Shown one piece after another: positions 9,644 to 18,391 of a DNA stretch of 32,000 nt; positions within the stretch are counted from its first letter, which is position 1; each line of letters starts with the position of its first letter. The position numbers and the translations under genes were made by a program. The notes below the pieces were generated by a model. The model was not told the DNA's origin, did not search any database, and saw only the letters and a program-made list of their open reading frames with translations. Source of the stretch: Aeropyrum pernix K1 (lineage in GTDB: Archaea > Thermoproteota > Thermoprotei_A > Sulfolobales > Acidilobaceae); NCBI RefSeq assembly GCF_000011125.1, contig NC_000854.2, forward strand, positions 1,637,697 to 1,669,696. The letters run 5' to 3'.

Positions 9644-11081
9644 CTGTGACTCGTCCTCCAGACATCACGTATATCCTGTCGCTCAGCTCTAGGATCTCGT
9701 CCAGGTCTGTTGACACAAGCAGTATTCCGGCTCCCTGCCTCGCAAGCTCCGAGAGGAGGTTGCGGACGAAGGATGTTGTGGCGATGTCTAACCCCTGTGT
9801 CGGGTTAACCGCCACCAGTAGCTTGAACCCCCTGAGGACCTCGGACCCCACAATAACTTTCTGCTGGTTACCGCCGCTCAGCCTGCCCACGGGAGTCCAT
9901 GGGCTCCTAGCCACCAGCCTAAACCTCTCGACGAGCCTCCTAAAGAGGTCCTCTAGCCTGCTCCTCCTCAAGAGGAGGGTTTTGGAGGCTGTGTAGTAGA
10001 GGAATGCGATGTTTTCAGCCACACTATAGTCCATTGCGAGGACCTTCCCCCTGTCACCAGCTATATAGCCGCCTCCGGCCCTGTAGAAGTCGAGGCTACC
10101 CTCGATTCTCCTCCCCTGAACCTCTATGCTACCCCTAACCGGCCTGCGGAGGCCTATTATAGCGTCTACTAGCTCTTCCTGTCCATTACCCGCAACGCCA
10201 GCGATCCCCACGATCTCGCCTTCCCTAACCTCTAAGCTTACCTCCCTAACCCGCTCGACACCATCAACAACTACGCTAACCCCCCTTACGCTTAGAAGCT
10301 CGCGCCCCACCTTGCCCGGAGGCCTAGGGGTCGGTGGGGGAAGGGTGCCGACCATTAGCCTCGCCAGCTCTTCCTCACTCGTTCTCCCGACATCCTCAAT
10401 AACCGCCGAGACCCTACCCCTTCTGAGGACTGTAACCCTATCAGCTACCCTCACGACCTCGCCCAGCTTGTGAGTGATGTAGACCACGCTGACCCCCATG
10501 TCCTTGAGCAGCCTCAGGGTTGAGAACAGTTTCTCCGCCTCGAGGGGTGTAAGGTTGCTGGTGGGCTCATCAAGTATGAGAACCTTCGCGCCTCCACTCA
10601 AGGCTTTTATAATCTCGACACGCTGTCTCGCACCCATGGGGAGATCCGCGACGGTCTTTGCTAGGTCAATCTCGAGCCCAAGCCTCTCAGCAGTCTCTAA
10701 CGTCCTCCTCCGTGCCTCACTCCTCCCAAGGCCTAGGCTGGAGAGGTATATCGCTATATTCTCCTCAACCGTCATACTCTCGACTAGCCTGAACTGCTGG
10801 TAAACCATGGCTATGCCATTCCTTATAGCATCCCACGGGCCCCTCCAGGAGACCTTCCGGCCCCAAACATAAATCTCCCCCATTGTGGGCTTGATCTCGC
10901 CGTAGAGTATCCTCATCAACGTGGTCTTGCCCGCCCCGTTCTCGCCGAGAAGAGCGTGGACCTCACCAGCCCTAAGGGTAAAGTCGACGTTGTCTAGAGC
11001 CTTTACGCCGTCCGGGTAAACCTTTACTATGCCTCTCATAGCAACGGCGTGGCCAGCGTTACCAGAAGCGTTTTCACCCAT
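9585..11081 (-). CDS. ABC transporter ATP-binding protein with duplicated ATPase domains (sugar/nucleoside importer type)
   Basis: The first half has Walker A GENGAGKTT, Walker B LILDEPTSNL and ITHKL. The second half has a degenerate P-loop GVAGNGQEEL, signature LSGGNQQKV and LLVSTDLDE. Confidence 0.95.
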   Translation of the reverse strand: MGENASGNAGHAVAMRGIVKVYPDGVKALDNVDFTLRAGEVHALLGENGAGKTTLMRILYGEIKPTMGEIYVWGRKVSWRGPWDAIRNGIAMVYQQFRLVESMTVEENIAIYLSSLGLGRSEARRRTLETAERLGLEIDLAKTVADLPMGARQRVEIIKALSGGAKVLILDEPTSNLTPLEAEKLFSTLRLLKDMGVSVVYITHKLGEVVRVADRVTVLRRGRVSAVIEDVGRTSEEELARLMVGTLPPPTPRPPGKVGRELLSVRGVSVVVDGVERVREVSLEVREGEIVGIAGVAGNGQEELVDAIIGLRRPVRGSIEVQGRRIEGSLDFYRAGGGYIAGDRGKVLAMDYSVAENIAFLYYTASKTLLLRRSRLEDLFRRLVERFRLVARSPWTPVGRLSGGNQQKVIVGSEVLRGFKLLVAVNPTQGLDIATTSFVRNLLSELARQGAGILLVSTDLDEILELSDRIYVMSGGRVTGVLERSQATPEKLGVLMGA

Positions 11082-11226
11082 AACGTAGCCACCCGTAAAG
11101 GTCTCAATCCTTGGTGCCCTGTCTCACCCAACATTATTTTGGATAACATTGCCCCAGCTCCGGCCAACAAGTACTCATAGCTTCCGGTTGCGATAAAAAG
11201 AGTGTGAGCGGCTGGCCGCACTCGGC

Positions 11227-12639
11227 CTAAGACTCAAGAGCCGCCTCAAGGTTTCCGGCCTTTAGCTCCTCTATTATACTGTCGTAGGTGTCGTGGTCTT
11301 GCGGTGTTACGAACTTTATCTCTCCACTGATAATCTTCTGCTTCAGCTCTTCCACGAGCCTCCAACCATCGTTACTAATCCACTTCTCCCTCTGGGACAT
11401 AACTATCTCAACCACCTTCTCCGGCGTTAAGCCCTCAGGAAGCTGGCCGGTCTCTGCCGCTATCTCTGCGAAGTACCTTATGATCTCCTCGTCACTTAGC
11501 CCCAGGCCGCCCTCCTTGAGGCCCAGGCTTACGATGCCGCCCCTGAACCTTCCTTCTACAACATCCTTTATTGCAGTATAGACCGCCACGTCAACCCTCT
11601 TCAAACCACTAATGATTATAGTTTGAGGGTCGTACCACTCCTGGCTAGCGTCCTGGCCTATGCTGAAGGCTATAACCCCTCTCGCTGCCGCCTCTTTGAC
11701 CGCGTTGAACATACCCACGTGAGTGAGCCCGGCTACCCCGTAGAAGACCCTAACTCCCTGCTGGAGCATCTGCTCCGCTGTAGTCTTGCCTAGCGTTGGA
11801 TCGTCGAACCTGCCTGTATACGTCCACACCATCTCGACGTCTGTACCCATGGCCTGGTTATAATACTGGACTCCGTAGAGGTAGCCGATGTGGAATCTCC
11901 AGAGCGGAGGTATGTCCATCCCCGCCACAGCCCCCGCTTTAGCCTCCTCGCCCGTCGCCTTAGAGATGTTGTTGGCTATGTCGGCCGCGATAATGCCAAC
12001 AAGGCTTGCCACCTCCTGCTCCCTGAAAAGGTAGCTTGCCACGTTATCGTATCTCTCCCTGGTGGCGGCGTCTATCAAAGCGTACTTCTGCTCCGGATAT
12101 CTAGGCGCTACCTTTTCGAGCGGCTCCTGCCACAGGAAGCCTACGAGAACGATTAGATCGTACTCGCCACTCCTACTCGCAGCATCTAGTACACTCTCCA
12201 TGACTGCCAGGCTCTGGGGCGTCTGGAAAACCACGTCCACGCCGAGCTCCTCAGCAGCCCTATCAGCTCCAAGCGCAGCCATGTCGTTGAAGCTGAGATC
12301 GCCCCTTCCGCCGACGTCAAACAATACCAACACGCTAATAGGCCTAGCCTGCTCGGTAGTCGCCACGGAAGTCGTAGTCTCGTAAGCGGCTGGCGTTGTG
12401 GTCTCCTCGCCTGTAGCCTGGGGCGGTGTAGTTGTACCAGTGGCCTCTCCTCCTACAGGCGCCTCCCCTCCCCCTCTAGATGTTATGACGAAAGCTGCAG
12501 CAGCTAGGATCAACAGAACAAAAACAGCACCGACAGCAATGAGGAGCCTTGAGTTGCTGGCTATCGCCAAGGCTCTCAATCCACATTGGCATGCGGGGCA
12601 TATGGGGCCTAAAATAGTGGGAGGGAGGATATTTAACAT
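11227..12639 (-). CDS. BMP-family (Med/PnrA-like) ABC substrate-binding protein, membrane-anchored with a Thr-rich linker
   Basis: The mature domain (VLFDVGGRGDLSFNDMA..GFLWQE..VAGL..) fits the BMP/basic membrane protein fold. The N-terminus has a TM anchor followed by GEATGTTTPPQATGEETTTPAAYETTTSVATT. The likely true start is the TTG at 12579 (MRALAIASNSRLLIAVG..), preceded by a TTAAATAT box. The ATG at 12639 adds a Cys-rich leader. Confidence 0.85.
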   Translation of the reverse strand: MLNILPPTILGPICPACQCGLRALAIASNSRLLIAVGAVFVLLILAAAAFVITSRGGGEAPVGGEATGTTTPPQATGEETTTPAAYETTTSVATTEQARPISVLVLFDVGGRGDLSFNDMAALGADRAAEELGVDVVFQTPQSLAVMESVLDAASRSGEYDLIVLVGFLWQEPLEKVAPRYPEQKYALIDAATRERYDNVASYLFREQEVASLVGIIAADIANNISKATGEEAKAGAVAGMDIPPLWRFHIGYLYGVQYYNQAMGTDVEMVWTYTGRFDDPTLGKTTAEQMLQQGVRVFYGVAGLTHVGMFNAVKEAAARGVIAFSIGQDASQEWYDPQTIIISGLKRVDVAVYTAIKDVVEGRFRGGIVSLGLKEGGLGLSDEEIIRYFAEIAAETGQLPEGLTPEKVVEIVMSQREKWISNDGWRLVEELKQKIISGEIKFVTPQDHDTYDSIIEELKAGNLEAALES

Positions 12640-12766
12640 GGAACGCCAAACCTATTTGCAACTACTAATGAAAAAGGAGTTGCACAGGAATCAAAGTTTC
12701 TCCCCGGCACTCCATAACTTCTCATAACTCCTACGGCACTACCACTGGAGATCTGAGCCGCGACCT

Positions 12767-13024
12767 CTATACAGCCAGCCGTATTCTCACATAGTAGACT
12801 TTCTCGCCGTCTCTCCGACCCGCCTCGAGGACCTCGAAACCCATATCCTCTGCTATTCTCTGGACAGCCAGCCACGTGTCTGGATCCCTCATCACCACCT
12901 CATAGACCTCGCCTGGCCTCGCAAGCTGGGCTACGTAGGTTTCGAACGCCTCGATCTTGGGCATCCCGCACTTGTCCTCGATCTTTCTGAAGTCTATGAT
13001 CCTTATGTCGAACTCTTCAGTCAG
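12767..13024 (-). CDS. TusA/SirA-like sulfur carrier protein; start codon unresolved
   Basis: The ORF track gives 12767..12964 from the first ATG. The same frame stays open upstream to 13039 and encodes ..LTEEFDIRIIDFRKIEDKCGMPKIE... This is the TusA N-terminal D-x-R-x(4-6)-C-x-x-P active-site segment. No ATG/GTG/TTG exists upstream of the Cys. A CTG at 13024 overlaps the rhodanese stop (CCCTGACTG). Confidence 0.6.
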   Translation of the reverse strand: MTEEFDIRIIDFRKIEDKCGMPKIEAFETYVAQLARPGEVYEVVMRDPDTWLAVQRIAEDMGFEVLEAGRRDGEKVYYVRIRLAV

Positions 13025-13890
13025 GGTTCGTCCCCCTTCTTAACGGGAGCCCTGACCATGTTGCCCCACTCGCTCCAAGACCCGTCATACACTGCGACGT
13101 TGGGATAGCCCAGCAGCTCTTTGAGAACGAACCATGTGTGTGAGGCTCTCTCGCCTATGCGGCAGTACACTATAACCTCCTTATCCGGTGTTACACCTCT
13201 ATCCTCGTAGAGGCTCCTCAGCTCCTCAGGCGATTTGAAGCTCCCGTCATCTCTCACTGCCTGTTTCCAGGGTATGTTTAGGGCCCCGGGTATGTGGCCT
13301 CCCCTCTGGGCCTGCTCCTCAGGATACTCTGGCGGTGCCGTAATATCTCCCCGGTACTCCTCGGGGCTCCTAACGTCAACTAGCACCGTGTTGGGATCGT
13401 TCAACTTACGAAGGATGTCAAGGAAGAAAACGCGGTATCTGCTGTCGACCGTAACTACTCTATATCTACTCTCCCTCTCGGCACGCGGCGGCTCTCTGGT
13501 AGCGGGTCTTGACATCGGCTTCCCAAGGGCTATCCACTTACTCCTACCCCCGTCTAGGAGGCTTACCCTCTGGTGCCCGTACATCTTGAAGACCCAGTAG
13601 GCGAAAGCCGCGAACCAGTTGTTGTAGTCCCCATAGAGTATGACGTGGTCCCCATTCTCTACGCCAAGCCTCGACATCAGCCTCTCGAAGCCCTCTGGGT
13701 CGATAATGTCTCTCTCCGGGTATTTGTTGAGATCCCTCTTCCAGTCTATGAGGAGTGCTCCGGGAATGTGACCTATGAAGTAAGCTGTAGCCGGGTCGTA
13801 GTCGACCTCGATAACCTTGACATCACTCCTCTTGATATTGGCCTCGAGCCACTCAATACTAACCAGGGGGCCCGGATAGTCGGCTCCCAA
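13021..13890 (-). CDS. Thiosulfate/3-mercaptopyruvate sulfurtransferase (tandem rhodanese domains)
   Basis: Two rhodanese domains. The active-site loop YCRIGERASHTW (CRxGxR) is in the C-terminal domain. TTG start at 13890. Confidence 0.9.
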   Translation of the reverse strand: MGADYPGPLVSIEWLEANIKRSDVKVIEVDYDPATAYFIGHIPGALLIDWKRDLNKYPERDIIDPEGFERLMSRLGVENGDHVILYGDYNNWFAAFAYWVFKMYGHQRVSLLDGGRSKWIALGKPMSRPATREPPRAERESRYRVVTVDSRYRVFFLDILRKLNDPNTVLVDVRSPEEYRGDITAPPEYPEEQAQRGGHIPGALNIPWKQAVRDDGSFKSPEELRSLYEDRGVTPDKEVIVYCRIGERASHTWFVLKELLGYPNVAVYDGSWSEWGNMVRAPVKKGDEP

Positions 13891-14103
13891 CTTTATTCAC
13901 CATTAACACTGTTAAAGAGCTGGGTGTATATCGATTCTAAGGAGTTTTGGAAAAATCAAAACTCTCCCGGCCACTTTTGAGCAGGAGAGGCTGCTTAAAG
14001 TAGCTGCTTAAAATAAACCGCACTTGCAGAATAACTGCTATGTTTGGCCAGCTACCTATATACCACTCTTGCGCCACTCTTCGATTTTATCCGCGGTCTC
14101 GAC

Positions 14104-15936
14104 CTACTGTCCGTGGGGTGAAGGTGCTGGGAGCTTGGCCACGGCGTCCACGTCTATTATGCCTCTGTATGCTTCCCTGTATATCGGGCTCTCCAGAATC
14201 CTCTTGATATACCTCCTCCTATCGTACTTCTCGCCCGGGTTGAACCCTTTTATCCTTAGGTTCTTGGCCTTAGCGAAGCGCTTCTGCACGTTATCCCTGT
14301 AGATGTCTTCTAGCACGTTGAAGGCGCAGAACGGGACTAGCCTACCGTCGGGGAGGGCGTAGTGTATGTTGCATCTCCTCACCCTTGTTATGTCGTAGTT
14401 GTACCTGTCCATGAAGTGCATCATGCCGAGGAAGAGGGTCTTCTTGTGGAACGTCTTTATAGCCTCGTAGTTCTTCCTCAGGAATATACTGACTATAAGC
14501 TTATAGATGTCCAGGTCTCTTGGCATCCTGTCGAAGTCTACAAACCTCCTAGCCCTCCATACTATCTCCGCCGCAACTTTAAGCCTGGAGAGCCTGCCAC
14601 TATTGTGCTCAAGCTTTATCCTCTCCTCGTCGAGGAACTCGATGAAGCCCTCCACGTCTATAACCTCGGTTATAGGGAGGAACCTCCTGGGCACCCCATA
14701 TCTGTCCCTCTCGAGGGCGAACACGTAGGTAGCAGAGCCGCAGGCAGGGTGGTTGCTGAGGGTGTCGTAGAGCTTTCCTGTGAGGGCGTCTATCGCTTTA
14801 ACGAACTTCGCAACAACGGGCACTGGATACCAGGCATCCATGGGTATCTGGCCATCCGTCTGCTCCTCTATCCTCTTTATAACATCGGGTATGGTAATCC
14901 TCATCCTCTCCCTCTCATGCTTCCTCATCATACCTGTGAGGCTGACCGGCTGGAAGTTGACCCCCCTGACGACGTCGATATGCTTCCCAGCGAACCTGAT
15001 TATATCTCCCACCTCGTGGTCGTTGATAGTCCTTATAACTGTCGGGACGAGGACAACGTTGTCCAGGCCACCCTCCTGGAAGGCTTTAAGTGCGAAGGGG
15101 GCTTCGTAGTGGTTCTTCCAGTTAACCTTGGGGGTGACGCCGTCGAAGCTCATGTAAACAACACTAACCCCAGCCTCCCTGAGGCTTCTTACATAATCAA
15201 TAGCCCCGGGAGGATTGTCGAGATACCTACGGGCGACGTTTATGCCGTTAGTGTTCAGCTGTATATAGTGCGCACCAGCCTCCCTAATAGCCTTAACAAC
15301 GTCTACAAGGTCCTCCCTAACGGTTGGCTCTCCCCCTGTTATCTGGATGTTAACGTGAACATCACTCCCCTGCCTCTGCCTCGCAACCTGCCTTACCATA
15401 AATTTTATCTGCTCTATGCTTGGTTCGTAGATGTATCCAGCCCTCTCAGCGTAGAAGAAGCAGTAGAAGCACGAGAGGTCGCACCTGTTCGTAACCACTA
15501 TGTTGACCAGCGCACTATGGTTCTCGTGGAGGCTGCAGAGGCCGCAGGCATAGGGGCAGGGTGCGGTGGCCGTGGTGTAGGGACCGGCTCCCGATAGTCC
15601 GAGGCCCGTTTCCTCCCACTTCATCTGCCTCCAATAGAACCTCTCGTCACCATAGTAGAGGTCCTCTATCTCACCGTGCTCAGGACATTTCTTCCTTATA
15701 TAGAGTCTGCCGCCCCTAGCAACTATTACTGCCGGCAGGAGTCTGAGGCAGTAGGGACATATGCTCCCCGTGTATCTGATGAGCCTCTCCCCCTCCCTAA
15801 CAGCAGGGAGGGGACCGCCAACCCCTATTCTCCTACCATCTATTTCGATATACCTCTTACCGTCCTCCCTCCTGAGAACACTAACCCTTAGAGGCCTCTC
15901 AAAACTCCTGGGGGGCTCCTGCCTGAGCCTCAGCAT
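14104..15936 (-). CDS. Multi-cluster radical SAM enzyme (COG1964-like); candidate tetraether lipid synthase (Tes/GDGT-MAS family)
   Basis: N-terminal CxxC..CxxH zinc-ribbon/rubredoxin-like motif (CPYC..CPEH), an auxiliary CPYACGLC motif, the radical-SAM motif CDLSCFYC, and further conserved Cys (HPACG, RRCNIHY..PFCAFN). The link to Tes/GDGT-MAS comes from my memory of that family's architecture and has not been confirmed by a search. Confidence 0.6.
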   Translation of the reverse strand: MLRLRQEPPRSFERPLRVSVLRREDGKRYIEIDGRRIGVGGPLPAVREGERLIRYTGSICPYCLRLLPAVIVARGGRLYIRKKCPEHGEIEDLYYGDERFYWRQMKWEETGLGLSGAGPYTTATAPCPYACGLCSLHENHSALVNIVVTNRCDLSCFYCFFYAERAGYIYEPSIEQIKFMVRQVARQRQGSDVHVNIQITGGEPTVREDLVDVVKAIREAGAHYIQLNTNGINVARRYLDNPPGAIDYVRSLREAGVSVVYMSFDGVTPKVNWKNHYEAPFALKAFQEGGLDNVVLVPTVIRTINDHEVGDIIRFAGKHIDVVRGVNFQPVSLTGMMRKHERERMRITIPDVIKRIEEQTDGQIPMDAWYPVPVVAKFVKAIDALTGKLYDTLSNHPACGSATYVFALERDRYGVPRRFLPITEVIDVEGFIEFLDEERIKLEHNSGRLSRLKVAAEIVWRARRFVDFDRMPRDLDIYKLIVSIFLRKNYEAIKTFHKKTLFLGMMHFMDRYNYDITRVRRCNIHYALPDGRLVPFCAFNVLEDIYRDNVQKRFAKAKNLRIKGFNPGEKYDRRRYIKRILESPIYREAYRGIIDVDAVAKLPAPSPHGQ

Positions 15937-16143
15937 AACCTCTCACCCCCCAGGACTTTCACCAGGGGGTTTCCCCACCTGGGGTGGGCTATGCCTCCAT
16001 AAACATTATATTGAGCCCCGTATTATTATGCTTATAACCCTCAAGAATGGTCCCTTCTAATTAAAGTAAGCGAAAGCTGAAAGCCAAACATTTGTTCGAA
16101 TCCTGTTCAAAGGCCTATACAACAGCCCTTCCTGTATAGAGTC

Positions 16144-16398
16144 TCACTTCCTACCCTCTACCAGTCCGCCCCACCTACCCAGGTAGCTATTTACTACCGC
16201 TAGGAACCTCCTGGCCGCATCTTCTTCTGCACAGGGCGTTTTCAGGACCTCCCCGTCTACACCCTCCGCAACCACCCTATACCACCCCCGAGGGTTGTCG
16301 CACTCCTCGAGCCTGGCGCTCCTCAGTAGACCGTTGATAGCGAGGCCCTCCACCTCTATGAACCCGGCCATCCTCACCCTCGACAATACACATCCCAC
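16144..16398 (-). CDS. Hypothetical small protein
   Basis: 84-aa ORF with typical codon usage and no recognisable motif. The likely start is the ATG at 16371 (MAGFIEVEG..). Confidence 0.35.
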   Translation of the reverse strand: MGCVLSRVRMAGFIEVEGLAINGLLRSARLEECDNPRGWYRVVAEGVDGEVLKTPCAEEDAARRFLAVVNSYLGRWGGLVEGRK

Positions 16399-16508
16399 CG
16401 GTTACTCCTGTAGGTTAGGAGGTAATCGCATTTGTCGGGATACATATTTTGAATGGAGGGGTTTATACAATAACCGATGAGAACACGGTGGTTAGTGGAT
16501 TGGTAGGG

Positions 16509-17312
16509 ATGGGCGACAGGCTTTTCAACATGGTTTTCACGAGGAGACCGCCACAATCTATGTCGCGCTGCATAAGTGATCCGGGGTATCGAGCGGCCGC
16601 GCGGTTCAGCTATGAGGAGGCCTCGGCCCAGTATAAAGTCTACGTTGAGAGGCTCCATTCCGCTGGTATCACTGTTAAGGAGCTGGGGCCGCTGGAGGAC
16701 TACCCTGACAGCGTTTTCATACAGGACACTGCTGTGATTGGAGGTGGAAGTAGGGTAGCTGTTCTAGCCCGTTTCGGAGCCCCGTCCAGGAGGGGTGAGG
16801 AGGGGCATGTGGTATCCATACTTTCAAGCATGGGCCTAGAGATACATCCTGTGAAGCCTCCGGGAACACTTGAGGGAGGGGATGTTCTGGTTACTGGAGA
16901 AGGAGTGGTCTTTGCGGGCTTGTCATCGAGGACTAACAGGGAGGGCGTAGAAACTCTGAAAACAGCCTTCCCCAACGTCAATGTTGAAACACTCAATGCT
17001 AAGGGCCTCCACCTACTCTCCCACCTAGGCTACCTGGGGAAGGCGACTCTAATTTCCGCCGAGGGCCTCTACGATAAAAGCATATTCAAGCGGCACGGGT
17101 TTGACTTAATAGAGATACCGTGGGAGGAGAGAGACGCGGCAAATCTCCTATACTTAGGAGAGGGTAGAGTCCTCTTACCAGCAGGTTACAACCAAACTCG
17201 AGATCTTCTTGAGCAACACGGCTTCAGAATCGTCGAGGCTGAGATACGGCAGTTCATGGCATGCATGGGGGGAGTAACCTGCCTAAGCCTACCAATATAC
17301 AATATCCTATAA
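16509..17312 (+). CDS. DDAH/amidinotransferase-fold (guanidino-group modifying) enzyme
   Basis: C-terminal catalytic-Cys motif CMGGVTCLSLPI and a pentein-fold-like pattern (FIQDTAV.., LEGGDVL.., LHL). A TTTATA box at 16461 argues for the ATG at 16509 (or 16530) rather than the TTG at 16449. Confidence 0.7.
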   Translation: MGDRLFNMVFTRRPPQSMSRCISDPGYRAAARFSYEEASAQYKVYVERLHSAGITVKELGPLEDYPDSVFIQDTAVIGGGSRVAVLARFGAPSRRGEEGHVVSILSSMGLEIHPVKPPGTLEGGDVLVTGEGVVFAGLSSRTNREGVETLKTAFPNVNVETLNAKGLHLLSHLGYLGKATLISAEGLYDKSIFKRHGFDLIEIPWEERDAANLLYLGEGRVLLPAGYNQTRDLLEQHGFRIVEAEIRQFMACMGGVTCLSLPIYNIL

Positions 17313-17741
17313 GACCAGCAACCGGGGCGAAAGTAGGCCGATTATACAGTAAGATAGGATTTATATAATAACGTTTGATCTCGACGAGACCCTAGGTCTG
17401 TAGGTTATCCGTCTATCTTTATAATTTATAAACATAGAATCTCGAACGGCCCACTAGACTCTAATCAACCCCTAACTTCCCAGCCTCTTCAAATACCACC
17501 TGCTTAATCATGCCAAGGACCTCAATGTCCAAAGGTATAAATTATCGCTGTCTCCATGTAACTATAGTAGCCTATACTTTACCAAACTACTATTAAAGAC
17601 AAAGAATTAGGCGTGTATGCTTCGATCTTTTCCACACCATGTAGCGTCAATTTTAGGAACTCGTCAACGGAGGCCAACGCTTTAAGGGGAGACCTGGAAG
17701 ACTGTTCATACCACGAGCAGCCAAGCCCCTGTTATATAATG

Positions 17742-18296
17742 CTAGGGCTGGCGCTCCTCCACTATGTACTCGATAGTAATGGGCAGGTTAACCTCGCCTT
17801 TTCCGGAAGCAGATGACCATGCAATCTCGATGCTAACCTTGTATTCTCCCGGGTTTAAAGGTAGAGGGGCGTCATACCCGGGTATTATAGCGAGAGGCCT
17901 TATACAGCCTACGTTAATGTCTAGAATGCATGGCATGTGAATAACAGTGCTCCCCTCATCACCTTCGAGGGTTATAGTAGCACCCGCTATTAGGCTAACG
18001 CTGCCCTGCACATCAGGCTCGAGTGTTTTAAACGCGACCGCGACTCCCTCGCCGTACACCCTCAGGACCGCTACCTCGGCGAGGACCTCCCGCCCCTCGG
18101 GTTTATCTATATCAAGGGGGATTTCAATAGTATCGGGGCTAAGCTCCGCCCTGGGCACGTCTACCCGCATCTTGACGAGGAATTGCCCGGCCGTCACGGC
18201 GGCTATTGAAAGAGCAGCTGCCCCCACCAGGGCTATGATTACCGCGAGCGCTAGCTTACCCTTCACTCCCTTAAGCATAGTTCTCCTCTCTACCAT
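17742..18296 (-). CDS. Hypothetical membrane-anchored or secreted protein
   Basis: An N-terminal basic stretch is followed by a single hydrophobic helix (KGKLALAVIIALVGAAALSIAAV), then a beta-rich ectodomain. No recognisable family. Confidence 0.5.
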   Translation of the reverse strand: MVERRTMLKGVKGKLALAVIIALVGAAALSIAAVTAGQFLVKMRVDVPRAELSPDTIEIPLDIDKPEGREVLAEVAVLRVYGEGVAVAFKTLEPDVQGSVSLIAGATITLEGDEGSTVIHMPCILDINVGCIRPLAIIPGYDAPLPLNPGEYKVSIEIAWSSASGKGEVNLPITIEYIVEERQP

Positions 18297-18391
18297 ATCA
18301 TTGCGGGTTAGTGAGCGTTAAAAACGAGGTTTAATGGAAGTGGTCGAGGGAACATTATTAAAACGGGGGATGCCGGGCGTGTTAACACTCT

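Noticed and set aside
11036-11221. 61-aa ORF in the spacer between the binding-protein gene and the ABC ATPase
   Set aside because: It overlaps the ATPase start, has no motif, and sits in an intra-operon spacer. It probably does not code for a protein.
12476-12875. ORFs 12476..12661 and 12633..12875 (minus strand) and 12398..12727 (plus strand)
   Set aside because: They overlap the binding-protein 5' end or promoter and the TusA-like gene in other frames. They are Cys/Arg-rich nonsense translations.
14362-15597. 411-aa ORF on the plus strand
   Set aside because: It lies entirely antisense to the well-supported radical-SAM gene. It has no recognisable motifs, and its composition (rich in V/P/L/Y/H) is typical of a shadow ORF in GC-rich coding DNA.
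17613-17816. 67-aa plus-strand ORF in the AT-rich spacer
   Set aside because: It runs into the 3' end of the convergent minus-strand gene, has atypical composition, and has no start context.
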